A DNA stretch of 64,000 nucleotides from contig CBDFLE010000006.1 in assembly GCA_965248925.1 (NCBI GenBank), positions 3,584,001 through 3,648,000 of the forward strand. Direction: 5' to 3'. The translations under genes and the position numbers were made by a program. Source of the DNA: Candidatus Multivoradales bacterium. Lineage in GTDB: Bacteria > Acidobacteriota > Thermoanaerobaculia > Multivoradales > J023. Below the pieces are notes generated by a model. That model saw only the letters and a program-made list of their open reading frames with translations. It searched no databases and was not told where the DNA came from. Shown piece by piece: positions 50,135 through 59,012 of this stretch; position 1 is the stretch's first letter, and each line of letters begins with the position of its first letter.

Positions 50135-50643
50135 TGATTGCGGCCCCCTTTTGCCATGTCCAGTTGAGAGGACGTATCCCCAAGATTGCGGGGTATCCGC
50201 GAGAACTTGTTACGATTGGTAACCACATCAAGAGATGTCGGCTTGATCGTGGTCAGTTGCAGAAAGACGTTGCCCGAACGCTCGGCGTCTGTCTGGGTTC
50301 GATAGTAAATTGGGAACATGACAGGGGCTACCCGGAAGTCCGGTTTTGGCCGGCACTCACGGACTGGCTTGGCTACGATCCAAACCCTGAGCCCGAGAAT
50401 GTGGCTGAGCTGCTGATGGCTTTGCGGCGCAGGCTCGGATTTTCGCAGCGCTCTCTCGCCACGGTCATCGACGTGGCACCAGAGACGATTTCGGGATGGG
50501 AGCAGCAGGCGCACCGGCCGTCAGGAAAAGCACGCCGACGACTGAGCGGCTGGATTGAGTCGCTGGAGGTCGGAGACGATCTCGCGAGGTGTGCTGCTCG
50601 GGTGGTGGTGCTGTTGCGGGGGCGGAGTGCCGTGGTGGAGTGA
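50134..50643 (+). CDS. Double-HTH XRE-family regulator (copy 2)
   Basis: Identical translation to copy 1. Confidence 0.75.
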   Translation: MIAAPFCHVQLRGRIPKIAGYPRELVTIGNHIKRCRLDRGQLQKDVARTLGVCLGSIVNWEHDRGYPEVRFWPALTDWLGYDPNPEPENVAELLMALRRRLGFSQRSLATVIDVAPETISGWEQQAHRPSGKARRRLSGWIESLEVGDDLARCAARVVVLLRGRSAVVE

Positions 50644-50927
50644 GCGCTTATTGGTCTTTTGCGAGTTGCGCGAGCAGTGCCCGCCGAATGACCTCGGGAT
50701 TGGATGTGCGGCTATCGAATGCACGCCGCGATTTTGACCATTGATATATGTAGACAATATCAGAATATCGAAAACAAGGAGTTCCCTCGCGTGCAATCTC
50801 TGTCATTCAGTGGATCGAGGGGAAACGGTTCATTTCCAGCCTGCCAAAATGAACCGTTTGGTCTCTAACATCTTTTCCCATAGCTTGTTTGACGAAACAA
50901 AGTCGAGCGGGAACCTGGTGGGCCTAG

Positions 50928-52424
50928 CAGCCCGTGGTGAAAGTCCCGATTACGGCCGTCTTGGCGATCTTCCCTGGTAGAATCTTTCCACCCGAGGGAG
51001 GTAGCGACCATGGCGATGGGCAGGCGAAGCAAACGAAGACAGCGGCAGCTCTGGGTGGAAACCCAGGCGCTGGCCAAGTCCCCAGGACATCCTTTCTACG
51101 AGCGTCTGTCCAAGATTCTCGACAAGCACGGTTTCGATCGCTTTATCGAGGAGCAGTGCGCGAGGTTTTACGCTACGAGGATGGGACGGCCTTCGCTGGC
51201 GCCCGCGGTGTATTTTCGGTTGCTGTTGATCGGCTTCTTCGAGGGTATCGACTCTGAGCGAGGTATCGCATGGCGGCTTGCGGATTCGATGACTCTGCGC
51301 GACTTTCTGGGCTTCGAACTCTCGGACCAGACCCCGGACCATTCGACGCTCTCTCGGACCCGTCGCCTGATCGATCTCGAGACCCATGAGGCGGTGTTTG
51401 CTTGGGCTTTGCAAGTACTGGCGAAGGCTGGCTTGCTCCGGGGAAAGACGCTGGGCATCGATGCGACGACCCTCGAGGCGAACGCGGCGATGCGCAGCAT
51501 CGTGCGTCGAGACTCGGGCGAGAGCTACGAAGAGTTTCTCACGCGCCTGGCCGAGGCTTCGGGTGTGGAGACCCCGACGCGAGCGGATCTGGCGCGTTTT
51601 GACCGCCAAAGGAAGAACAAAAAGACGTCGAACGGCGACTGGAAGAACCCCCACGATCCCGACGCCAAAGTCACGCGAATGAAGGATGGGCGGACGCATC
51701 TGGCGCACAAAGCCGAGCATGCGGTGGATATGGAGACGGGTGCGGTTGTGGCGGTGACGGTGCAACCTGCAGACCGAGGGGACACGTCGAGCCTAGAGCG
51801 GACGTTGGATGAAGTCGCTGCGGTGCTGGAAGATGTCGTTGAGGATTCGGAGGCTGGCGATCACTTGAGCGAGAAAGTCCGTTCAGAGCTGGTGGCTGAC
51901 AAGGGCTATCACAGTAACGCGGTCATGAAGGCACAGCGTCAAGGGAAGATTCGAACCTATATTTCGGAACCGGATCGAGGCCGACGCAACTGGTGCGGCA
52001 AAGAGGCGGAGAAGCAAGCGGTGTATGCCAACCGTCGACGGATCAAGGGTCGTCGAGGCCGCGAGCTGTCGCGGCGTCGAGGAGAGAAAGTAGAACGCAC
52101 CTTTGCCCATTGCTACGAGACTGGCGGTATGAGAAGGACCCACCTTCGAGGTCACGACAACATCCGCAAAAGGTTGCTGATTCACATCGCGGGATTCAAT
52201 CTTGGGCTGCTGCTTCGTCAAATGTATGGAGCCGGCACTCCACGGGCCCTTCAGGGCTTTCTTTCGGCTCTCGAACAGGGCTTTCGCGCCGTATATAGCT
52301 TGCTGAGCTGGCTTCTGCCGCACGAGAGCGGATATTGGCCACTAAGATCTTCGATCAGACCACCTGCGCCGGCTGGCCTCAATTTAGGCCACATTTTGTA
52401 GAAACGGACTTCTGCCACGGGCTG
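50928..52424 (+). mobile_element. IS5/IS1182-like insertion sequence, 1497 bp, CTAG target duplication
   Basis: IRs cagcccgtggtgaaagtcc / cagcccgtggcagaagtcc; CTAG at 50924 and 52425; empty site at 33400. Confidence 0.95.
51010..52401 (+). CDS. DDE transposase (IS5/IS1182-like)
   Basis: GRPSLAP, PDHSTLSRTR, IDATTLEANA, VADKGY, VERTFA. Confidence 0.93.
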   Translation: MAMGRRSKRRQRQLWVETQALAKSPGHPFYERLSKILDKHGFDRFIEEQCARFYATRMGRPSLAPAVYFRLLLIGFFEGIDSERGIAWRLADSMTLRDFLGFELSDQTPDHSTLSRTRRLIDLETHEAVFAWALQVLAKAGLLRGKTLGIDATTLEANAAMRSIVRRDSGESYEEFLTRLAEASGVETPTRADLARFDRQRKNKKTSNGDWKNPHDPDAKVTRMKDGRTHLAHKAEHAVDMETGAVVAVTVQPADRGDTSSLERTLDEVAAVLEDVVEDSEAGDHLSEKVRSELVADKGYHSNAVMKAQRQGKIRTYISEPDRGRRNWCGKEAEKQAVYANRRRIKGRRGRELSRRRGEKVERTFAHCYETGGMRRTHLRGHDNIRKRLLIHIAGFNLGLLLRQMYGAGTPRALQGFLSALEQGFRAVYSLLSWLLPHESGYWPLRSSIRPPAPAGLNLGHIL

Positions 52425-52481
52425 CTAGGGCCAGTCCAAGCAAGAGAACGAATCTAGAATCTTCCAGAAAGTGAGGTAGCC

Positions 52482-52916
52482 TTGAGAGACAGAATCCCCA
52501 GATGTTCGATCCTAAACGCCGCCTGCCTACTGGCAGTCGCAGTCGCCGCCGCCACCGCCCACGCTCAATGCAACAGCACCCCCATCGCCTCGGGCGACAA
52601 CGCCGAAGCCGCCTCCGCCCCGATCCTGATTGATGTCCTGGCCAACGACACCGAGCCCGACGGCGAAGCCCTGACTGTCACCGTCCTCGCCAGCACCTGC
52701 CCGGCGAGCACCGAGATCGTGCTCGATCTGATCCGCTTGACCCCCAACCCCTCGATCGATGCCAACTGCACCCTGACCTACCGCATCGAAGACGAGACCC
52801 ACCACAGCACCTCGGCCACCGTCGCCGTCAAGTCCATCGCCGTGCTCTTTGGCGACAACTTTGAGTCTGGCAATGCCAATCAATGGGATAGCACCTGCCC
52901 CGGCAGCGGCTGCTGA
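52482..52916 (+). CDS. Small secreted Ig-like protein (copy 2)
   Basis: Same protein as 33457-33891 with synonymous SNPs. Confidence 0.75.
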   Translation: MRDRIPRCSILNAACLLAVAVAAATAHAQCNSTPIASGDNAEAASAPILIDVLANDTEPDGEALTVTVLASTCPASTEIVLDLIRLTPNPSIDANCTLTYRIEDETHHSTSATVAVKSIAVLFGDNFESGNANQWDSTCPGSGC

Positions 52917-52930
52917 AGGAGTCCAAGACT

Positions 52931-55900
52931 ATGCAACAGAAAATTCTCATCGCCTCACTTCTCTACGTTGCCCTCGCCGGGCCGACCGCCGCGCAACAGC
53001 CCCAGAGCCACCAGCGGGGCGTCACCGCCGACACCGCCTTCCAAGTCGGCGCCATCGATTCGATCAACCTCTTCTCGGGGAATCTGTCGCTCCGCCTGCC
53101 CCTCGGCCAGAGCTACCCGGTGGGTCCCACTCTGAGCTACGGCTTCACCCTGACCTACAACTCCAGCGGCTGGGACTTTGACGACCAACAGAGCTGCACC
53201 GAGGGCACGCCGCCCAACCAGATGCTGGTTTCCTACAACTTGCCGATTCAAGATCTCGATGCGAATTCTGGCTGGGGGTGGCGGGTCAATCTTGGCCAGT
53301 TGGTGCGCTCCGAAGGCGGCAATCCCGCGCCACCCTTCAGCGGGTTTTCCTATTTGAGCCCTGACGGCGGGCAACACGCCTTCCACGATTTCCTCCACCC
53401 GGCCCAGAGCGGCACCTACCCGCCCGCCGGCACCCAGCCCAACACCTGGTTCACCCGCGACAGTACCTACCTGAGAATGCGCTACTACCCATTCGCCTCG
53501 AGCCCCTGCGAGACGCCGTCGAATCTGCTCGACCAGGATTGCCGGACGGTGGAATTCCCAAGTGGTGAGATGCATGAATTCCATAACATCAGCCACACCA
53601 GCTTCGATTGGCGGGTGACCAAGATGCTCGACCGCTTCGGCCATTGGGTCAAGATAGCCTACGCCTCGGGCGGCGATTGGAGCGTCACCGATTCCGCCAA
53701 CAGGAGTCATTCCCTCGATTTCACCGCCGGCCGACTGGAGAAGGTCACCCTCGCCGCTTTCAACAACCAAAGCGCCGTCTACGATCTAGTCTACTCCGGC
53801 CCGGTCGACCTGGAGCGCCAAGGCGCGCAGCCTTCGTGTGTGCCCGAAGGGGACACCCTTTCCGGCGTCCGCCTGCTCGAACGCCTGGTCTTGCCCGACG
53901 ACTCGTTCTACCAAATGGACTACTACCGCACCGACAATCCGGGAGAGAAGCTCTCGGGCGGCATCAAGTTCCTCCGTCTTCCCACGGATGGCGCCTTCGG
54001 CTGGCGGTACCAACAGATCGATTTTCATGCCCAAAGCCCAGATGTGCCCGAGGGCCGGGAGTGGGCCAACATCGGCACCGGCGTGGCCACCAAGTCGACG
54101 TTCTTGAAAGACAGCGATTATCCAAACTCGCCCCACGGCACCTGGATCTATGACTACGATCCCCAAGGAGTGCTCGGTCCCGGCCAGATCTCCTGCTACC
54201 ACACGCTCACCTTGACCGACCCGCTAGGCAACGACACGAAGCACTGGTTTAACTCCGCGGGCGCTAATCGCCAAGGCTTTGGCCTGCCCTTCACCCGCTG
54301 CACACCGGGCACCAACGACTACTACAACAACAGCCCGCCCTACTTGTCGCAAGAGATCTATCAGGGCTCGGTGGCCAGCGGCACCAAACGCCGCTCGATC
54401 TTCCTGGAGTACGAGAACGACGGCCCGTCCGGCTTCTACGCCGACCGCAACCACCGGATGAAGTACCGCAAAGTCATCTACCACGACGACGGCGACAAGT
54501 TCCGCGAGGTCACCCACTCGGACTTCGATGGCCTGGGGCATTTTCGCACCACCACCACCGGCGGCAACTTCGCCAGTGGCAACGTGCGCGCGAGCGAGAC
54601 CTTCTACAACCAGAATCGCGGCTCCTACTTGATCGCCAACAGCGATACCGGCGCCATCGACCCGGCCACCGATTTCGCCATGTTCGGCCAGACCCAGCCC
54701 TGGGTGCTAGAGACCTTCAACTCGCAATCGGTGACCGAGAACGGCGTCACCGAGACCACCGAGTATGACTTTGCGCTGCTGAACGGCTTCCTGCGCAAAC
54801 GTCGGGTGCTGGCTGGCAGCTCGCGGCAGTCGAACGACTTACTAAGCATCTTCGTGCAAGCCGGCACTACCGGCTTCGTCGCCGCTGAGTTGCAGTACGG
54901 CGGCGACAGCCAGGCGATCAGCACCGCAAGCCTGGGCAACATCAACCCGGCCCACTCCGGCGCCCTTTACCGCACCAACCACAGCTACCAGTACGGCGTG
55001 CTGAGAAACTCCACGGTGGTCAACCCCTGCGCCACCAGCGAGGTGCTGCTCAAGCTGGCCGACTACGATCTCGACAAAAACACCGGCCTGGTCAAGCGCA
55101 GCCGAGACAGCGCCGGGATCAAGATCGACTTCCTCTATGACCGGCAGGGCCGCTTGACCCATGAGTTTCCCGAGAGCGAAGCGGTGCGCCGCTACACCTA
55201 CCGTTTGGCCACCCAGAGCAACTTCAACCTGATGCCGCTGCTGACCGAAGAGCAGTGCGTCACCACCGCCGCCTGCTCGGGCTCCGGCCTGCTGGCCTAC
55301 CGCCAGCACACTTTCGACGGCCTCGGCCGTAGGGTCAAAGAGCAGGTGCAGTTGCCCGGCGGAGTGCGCTGGTACCGCCACATGAGCTTCAACCCACGGG
55401 CCTGGAAGACCGCGGAATCGGTGTGGACCCTCAACGCCACTTCCGACAGCCGCGTCACCAAGTACGAGCAGTACGACAACTTCGGCCGCCCCGGCAGGAT
55501 CACCCCACCAAGCCAGCCGGCCACATTCCTCAGCTACGAGGGCGAACGCACCAAGACGCGGCGGTTCAAAGTGATGCTCGCCTCCGGAGTGCAAGAAGAC
55601 ACCTACAACACCGAGATCTCCGATGGCCAGGGCCGATTGTTCGAGGTTTGTGAAGGCAGATCGGCGGCCTGGAATGGCAGCTGCAACGCGGGCGGCTTGC
55701 TGACTCGCTACGCCTACGACGCCGGCTCGCGGCTCACCCACGTTTGCCAGAATCGGACTGGATCGACCTGTGGCCAGCAACGCTTCTTCAACTATGACGG
55801 TCGCAGCTTCCTGACCTCCGAGACCCATCCCGAAGTCGGCCCAGTGGGCAACGGCGCCACGACCTATTCCTATGATGCTCGTGGCAGCGTTTTGAGCAAA

Positions 55901-57967
55901 CGCATCGGTGGCTCCACCGAATTCGACCTCGACTACTTCTACGATCCAGCCGGACGCCTGATCCGAGTTGACGAGAGCAACGGTGGCTCGCCGCGCAAGC
56001 TCAAGGAGTTCCGCTACGGCCGCAAGAACGTCGGTGCCGACAAGCGGGCCGGCAAGCTGGTGCAGACCACCCGCCACAATTGGGTGGATCTGGTGAATCC
56101 GCTGAACGCCAATCCTGGCTTCCTCGATGTCCGAATCTCCGAGAGCTTCGTCTACGCGGGTCGTGGCGGCCGGATGTCCGAGCGCCAGACCCGCTATCAG
56201 CTCGGCGTCGGTCACTACGCCTTCCAGAGTGGGTTCTCCTATGACCTGCAAGGCAACCTCGCGACCCTCGACTATCCCGACTGTCTGCACACCAACGACA
56301 GCTGCGACCAGGTCAGCCCACCGCGGCAGGTGAGCTTCGCTTACGACAAAGGCTTCCTCACCGCGGTGCCCGGCTTCGCCTCCAGCCTCAGCTACCAGAG
56401 CGGCGGCATGCTGACCCAGATCAGCCACCAGAGCGGCATCACCGAAACTCGCCAGGTCGATCCCTCCGGCCTCGCCCGGCCCGAGCGCATCTCCACCAAC
56501 GCCGGCTGGGACACTGGCACCTTCGACTACGACGGATCGGGCAACATCCACCGCATCGGCTCGCTGACCTACCGCTATGATCGTTTGCAGCGGCTGGTCA
56601 GCGGCGAGGCCAAGGTGGGAAGTAGCGACCGCCTGCAAACCGCGTCATATGACAACTTCGGCAATCTCACCCAGATGATCACCAACGGCGCCAGCCAGAG
56701 CATGAGCCCGAGCAGCAGCACCAATCGCCTCGGCTTGAGCGGCACGGTGTACGATGCTGGGGGCAACCTGACCCGCGTGCGTTACAGTAGCTCGGAGATC
56801 TACCAGTACACCTACGACGCCGCCAACATGATGAAACACCTGCAAAGCAACACAGATCAGGCGAGCGTGTACATCTACAACGCTGATGACGAGCGCATCG
56901 TCACCTTCAGCTGCTTCAGCGCCGCCGGCAGCAGCTGCGTCAGCAGCCCCGCCAGCGAGACCTGGACCTTGCGCGGGCTCGGCAACGAGGTGCTGCGGGT
57001 CTTCACCCATCCGCGGGGCGAAAGCTTCGAGTGGGAGCGGGACTACGTCTACCGGGGTGGACAGCTCCTAGCCTCGATAGACCCGGACTCCAGTGGTGTC
57101 GAAGAGACTTTCAGCTTCCATCTTGATCACCTTGGTTCGCCGCGGCAGGTGACAAAGGGCGGCAGCCAGGTGGCGCTGCACAGCTACTATCCCTTCGGGC
57201 AAGAGGCCACCAACTCCAGCTCGGATGAGTTTCAGCTGAAATTTACCGGCCATGAGCGGGATAAAAACGGGGTGGGGGCGAAGAGCGAGTTGGACTATAT
57301 GCATGCTCGGCATTGCAGTCCGGTCGTGGGGAGGTTTCTTGGTGTAGACCAGCGAAGAGTAAGCTCTTTCCAGTTTGGAAAGTCCGAAGAACAGGAGGAG
57401 TTCGCCCGATCGCTACGGCAAACTCAGTCTTGGAACCGGTATTCATACACTCAGAACAACCCTCTGAAGTACCTCGATCCCGACGGAAACAACGAAGTTC
57501 TTGCATTGAGTTGGGCCTTCGAACTTGCTGGTGGGGGAGCGGGTACAGCCACGAGCGCCACAGGGGCTGCAGTTGCGTTGCCTCTCGTTGCCGCCGCGGG
57601 CGTTGGCGTAGCGCTAGGCTACGGAGTGAACCAGATGCCCGGAGTGAGCGACACCTTGACCAGCGATCGAATGTCCGGGATGTTGTCGAATGTCATCTTC
57701 TCTTCTCGCGCGAACGACAGTCGACAATTTATCAACAGCAAGGTGCTTACAACACTAGAACACATAGGAAGATATGCTCCTCCTGATCCCAACGACCCAA
57801 ATGACTTGAATAATAATAAGAATATCTATGAGAGAATGAAGAAACATTTGGAAGCAGCTGAGAAAAGGCTGAACAGGCTCCGGGGAAAATCTCGCGCTGA
57901 CGCCGAAGCTCTGATTCGAAGAACCTTGGACCAACTTGAAAAGTGGTGGAGTGGAGGTGGCCAGTGA
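52931..57967 (+). CDS. Full-length Rhs toxin 2 (toxin tip CT2)
   Basis: Same protein as Rhs 1 until HLDHLG; NPLKYLDPDG then an unrelated lower-GC C-terminus. Confidence 0.93.
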   Translation: MQQKILIASLLYVALAGPTAAQQPQSHQRGVTADTAFQVGAIDSINLFSGNLSLRLPLGQSYPVGPTLSYGFTLTYNSSGWDFDDQQSCTEGTPPNQMLVSYNLPIQDLDANSGWGWRVNLGQLVRSEGGNPAPPFSGFSYLSPDGGQHAFHDFLHPAQSGTYPPAGTQPNTWFTRDSTYLRMRYYPFASSPCETPSNLLDQDCRTVEFPSGEMHEFHNISHTSFDWRVTKMLDRFGHWVKIAYASGGDWSVTDSANRSHSLDFTAGRLEKVTLAAFNNQSAVYDLVYSGPVDLERQGAQPSCVPEGDTLSGVRLLERLVLPDDSFYQMDYYRTDNPGEKLSGGIKFLRLPTDGAFGWRYQQIDFHAQSPDVPEGREWANIGTGVATKSTFLKDSDYPNSPHGTWIYDYDPQGVLGPGQISCYHTLTLTDPLGNDTKHWFNSAGANRQGFGLPFTRCTPGTNDYYNNSPPYLSQEIYQGSVASGTKRRSIFLEYENDGPSGFYADRNHRMKYRKVIYHDDGDKFREVTHSDFDGLGHFRTTTTGGNFASGNVRASETFYNQNRGSYLIANSDTGAIDPATDFAMFGQTQPWVLETFNSQSVTENGVTETTEYDFALLNGFLRKRRVLAGSSRQSNDLLSIFVQAGTTGFVAAELQYGGDSQAISTASLGNINPAHSGALYRTNHSYQYGVLRNSTVVNPCATSEVLLKLADYDLDKNTGLVKRSRDSAGIKIDFLYDRQGRLTHEFPESEAVRRYTYRLATQSNFNLMPLLTEEQCVTTAACSGSGLLAYRQHTFDGLGRRVKEQVQLPGGVRWYRHMSFNPRAWKTAESVWTLNATSDSRVTKYEQYDNFGRPGRITPPSQPATFLSYEGERTKTRRFKVMLASGVQEDTYNTEISDGQGRLFEVCEGRSAAWNGSCNAGGLLTRYAYDAGSRLTHVCQNRTGSTCGQQRFFNYDGRSFLTSETHPEVGPVGNGATTYSYDARGSVLSKRIGGSTEFDLDYFYDPAGRLIRVDESNGGSPRKLKEFRYGRKNVGADKRAGKLVQTTRHNWVDLVNPLNANPGFLDVRISESFVYAGRGGRMSERQTRYQLGVGHYAFQSGFSYDLQGNLATLDYPDCLHTNDSCDQVSPPRQVSFAYDKGFLTAVPGFASSLSYQSGGMLTQISHQSGITETRQVDPSGLARPERISTNAGWDTGTFDYDGSGNIHRIGSLTYRYDRLQRLVSGEAKVGSSDRLQTASYDNFGNLTQMITNGASQSMSPSSSTNRLGLSGTVYDAGGNLTRVRYSSSEIYQYTYDAANMMKHLQSNTDQASVYIYNADDERIVTFSCFSAAGSSCVSSPASETWTLRGLGNEVLRVFTHPRGESFEWERDYVYRGGQLLASIDPDSSGVEETFSFHLDHLGSPRQVTKGGSQVALHSYYPFGQEATNSSSDEFQLKFTGHERDKNGVGAKSELDYMHARHCSPVVGRFLGVDQRRVSSFQFGKSEEQEEFARSLRQTQSWNRYSYTQNNPLKYLDPDGNNEVLALSWAFELAGGGAGTATSATGAAVALPLVAAAGVGVALGYGVNQMPGVSDTLTSDRMSGMLSNVIFSSRANDSRQFINSKVLTTLEHIGRYAPPDPNDPNDLNNNKNIYERMKKHLEAAEKRLNRLRGKSRADAEALIRRTLDQLEKWWSGGGQ

Positions 57968-58281
57968 AGAGCCTAAACAAGATCCAAGAGAAGAATCAAC
58001 GACAATTTGACCTCATCTCATCTCAGCTCACTCGGCTTAGTGCGGATGAGCGTATTCCAGAAGGTCTCGTTGGTGACGTTCATGATTTGAAGGTCACTCT
58101 TGAGAAGACAATAGACAGATTAAACAGTATGTTTTTCTTGAAGAATGGAAACCTGCCAGAGGAGCTCACTCGGGATAGCGTTTTCGCCCTTGAGCTGATG
58201 ATTGAAGAGGAGCTTGGCTGGATTGTCTCTGATATCTTGAGTGGACTAAAGAGCCTGAGAGAGTCAGGTGAGAACTCTTGA
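57964..58281 (+). CDS. Putative immunity protein for CT2
   Basis: GTGA overlap with the rhs stop; AT-rich, about 105 aa. Confidence 0.7.
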   Translation: MKSLNKIQEKNQRQFDLISSQLTRLSADERIPEGLVGDVHDLKVTLEKTIDRLNSMFFLKNGNLPEELTRDSVFALELMIEEELGWIVSDILSGLKSLRESGENS

Positions 58282-58430
58282 CATTCCAGAAGCCCCGCCG
58301 ACTAGGTGCTGAATAGCCCTGAATATGTGCTAGCCTATTCGCAAGCCACCTAGGATCAGCCACTTGCATTGAGTGAAGCCCGGTGCGAGCCGGGCCTTCG
58401 GTACACCTGAGATTCGGGCATCGCTATCTT

Positions 58431-58665
58431 CTAAGGAGCCGCGCTACCGGCGCCTACCGCACCCTGGGCCCGGTGCTTGAGAATCATCGCGTCGATGAGT
58501 CTGATGATGGCTTCCTGGTCCTCTGCCTCGAAGCCCTCCAGTGCCCGAAACCTGTCGAGAAGCCGCGAGCTGTGCAGCGGTACAGCCTCCGTGGTGTCCC
58601 CGGCTAGGAGGAAGTCGACGGTGGTATCGAGGACTCCTGCAAGCTCGATGAGCTTCTCCGGTGGC
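58431..58665 (-). pseudogene. 5'-truncated XRE repressor related to 39349-39711
   Basis: PPEKLIELAGVLDTTVDFLL...LLDRFRALE....DQEAIIRLIDAMI aligns with the C-terminal half of the intact XRE. Confidence 0.7.
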
Positions 58666-59012
58666 GGGGCGTGTGCAGCCCGCTCTCGTACTTGTTGAGC
58701 TGCGAGAAACGGGTATCGATCTTGGCTGCTATTTGACTTCAAGCTGCGCGAGCAGTGCCCGCCGAATGAACTCGGCCTTTGAGACTCGATCTCGCCGAGC
58801 ACGAGCTGCGAGCAATTCTGCCTCATCAGGGAAGAGGTAGGTCACCTCTCGCACTCGGTTTGTGCCGTGGAAGAGTCGGGGGGTCGTCGAAGCCGTGCCC
58901 GTCTGCTTTTTCTCGTCTGCCAGAGAAATAGGTGCCCAGATCAGGTGCCACCCTTCTCGTATCCCCTTGTTATCAGTAGCTTACGCCAAGAAGCCAAAGA
59001 AGCCACCGAAGG

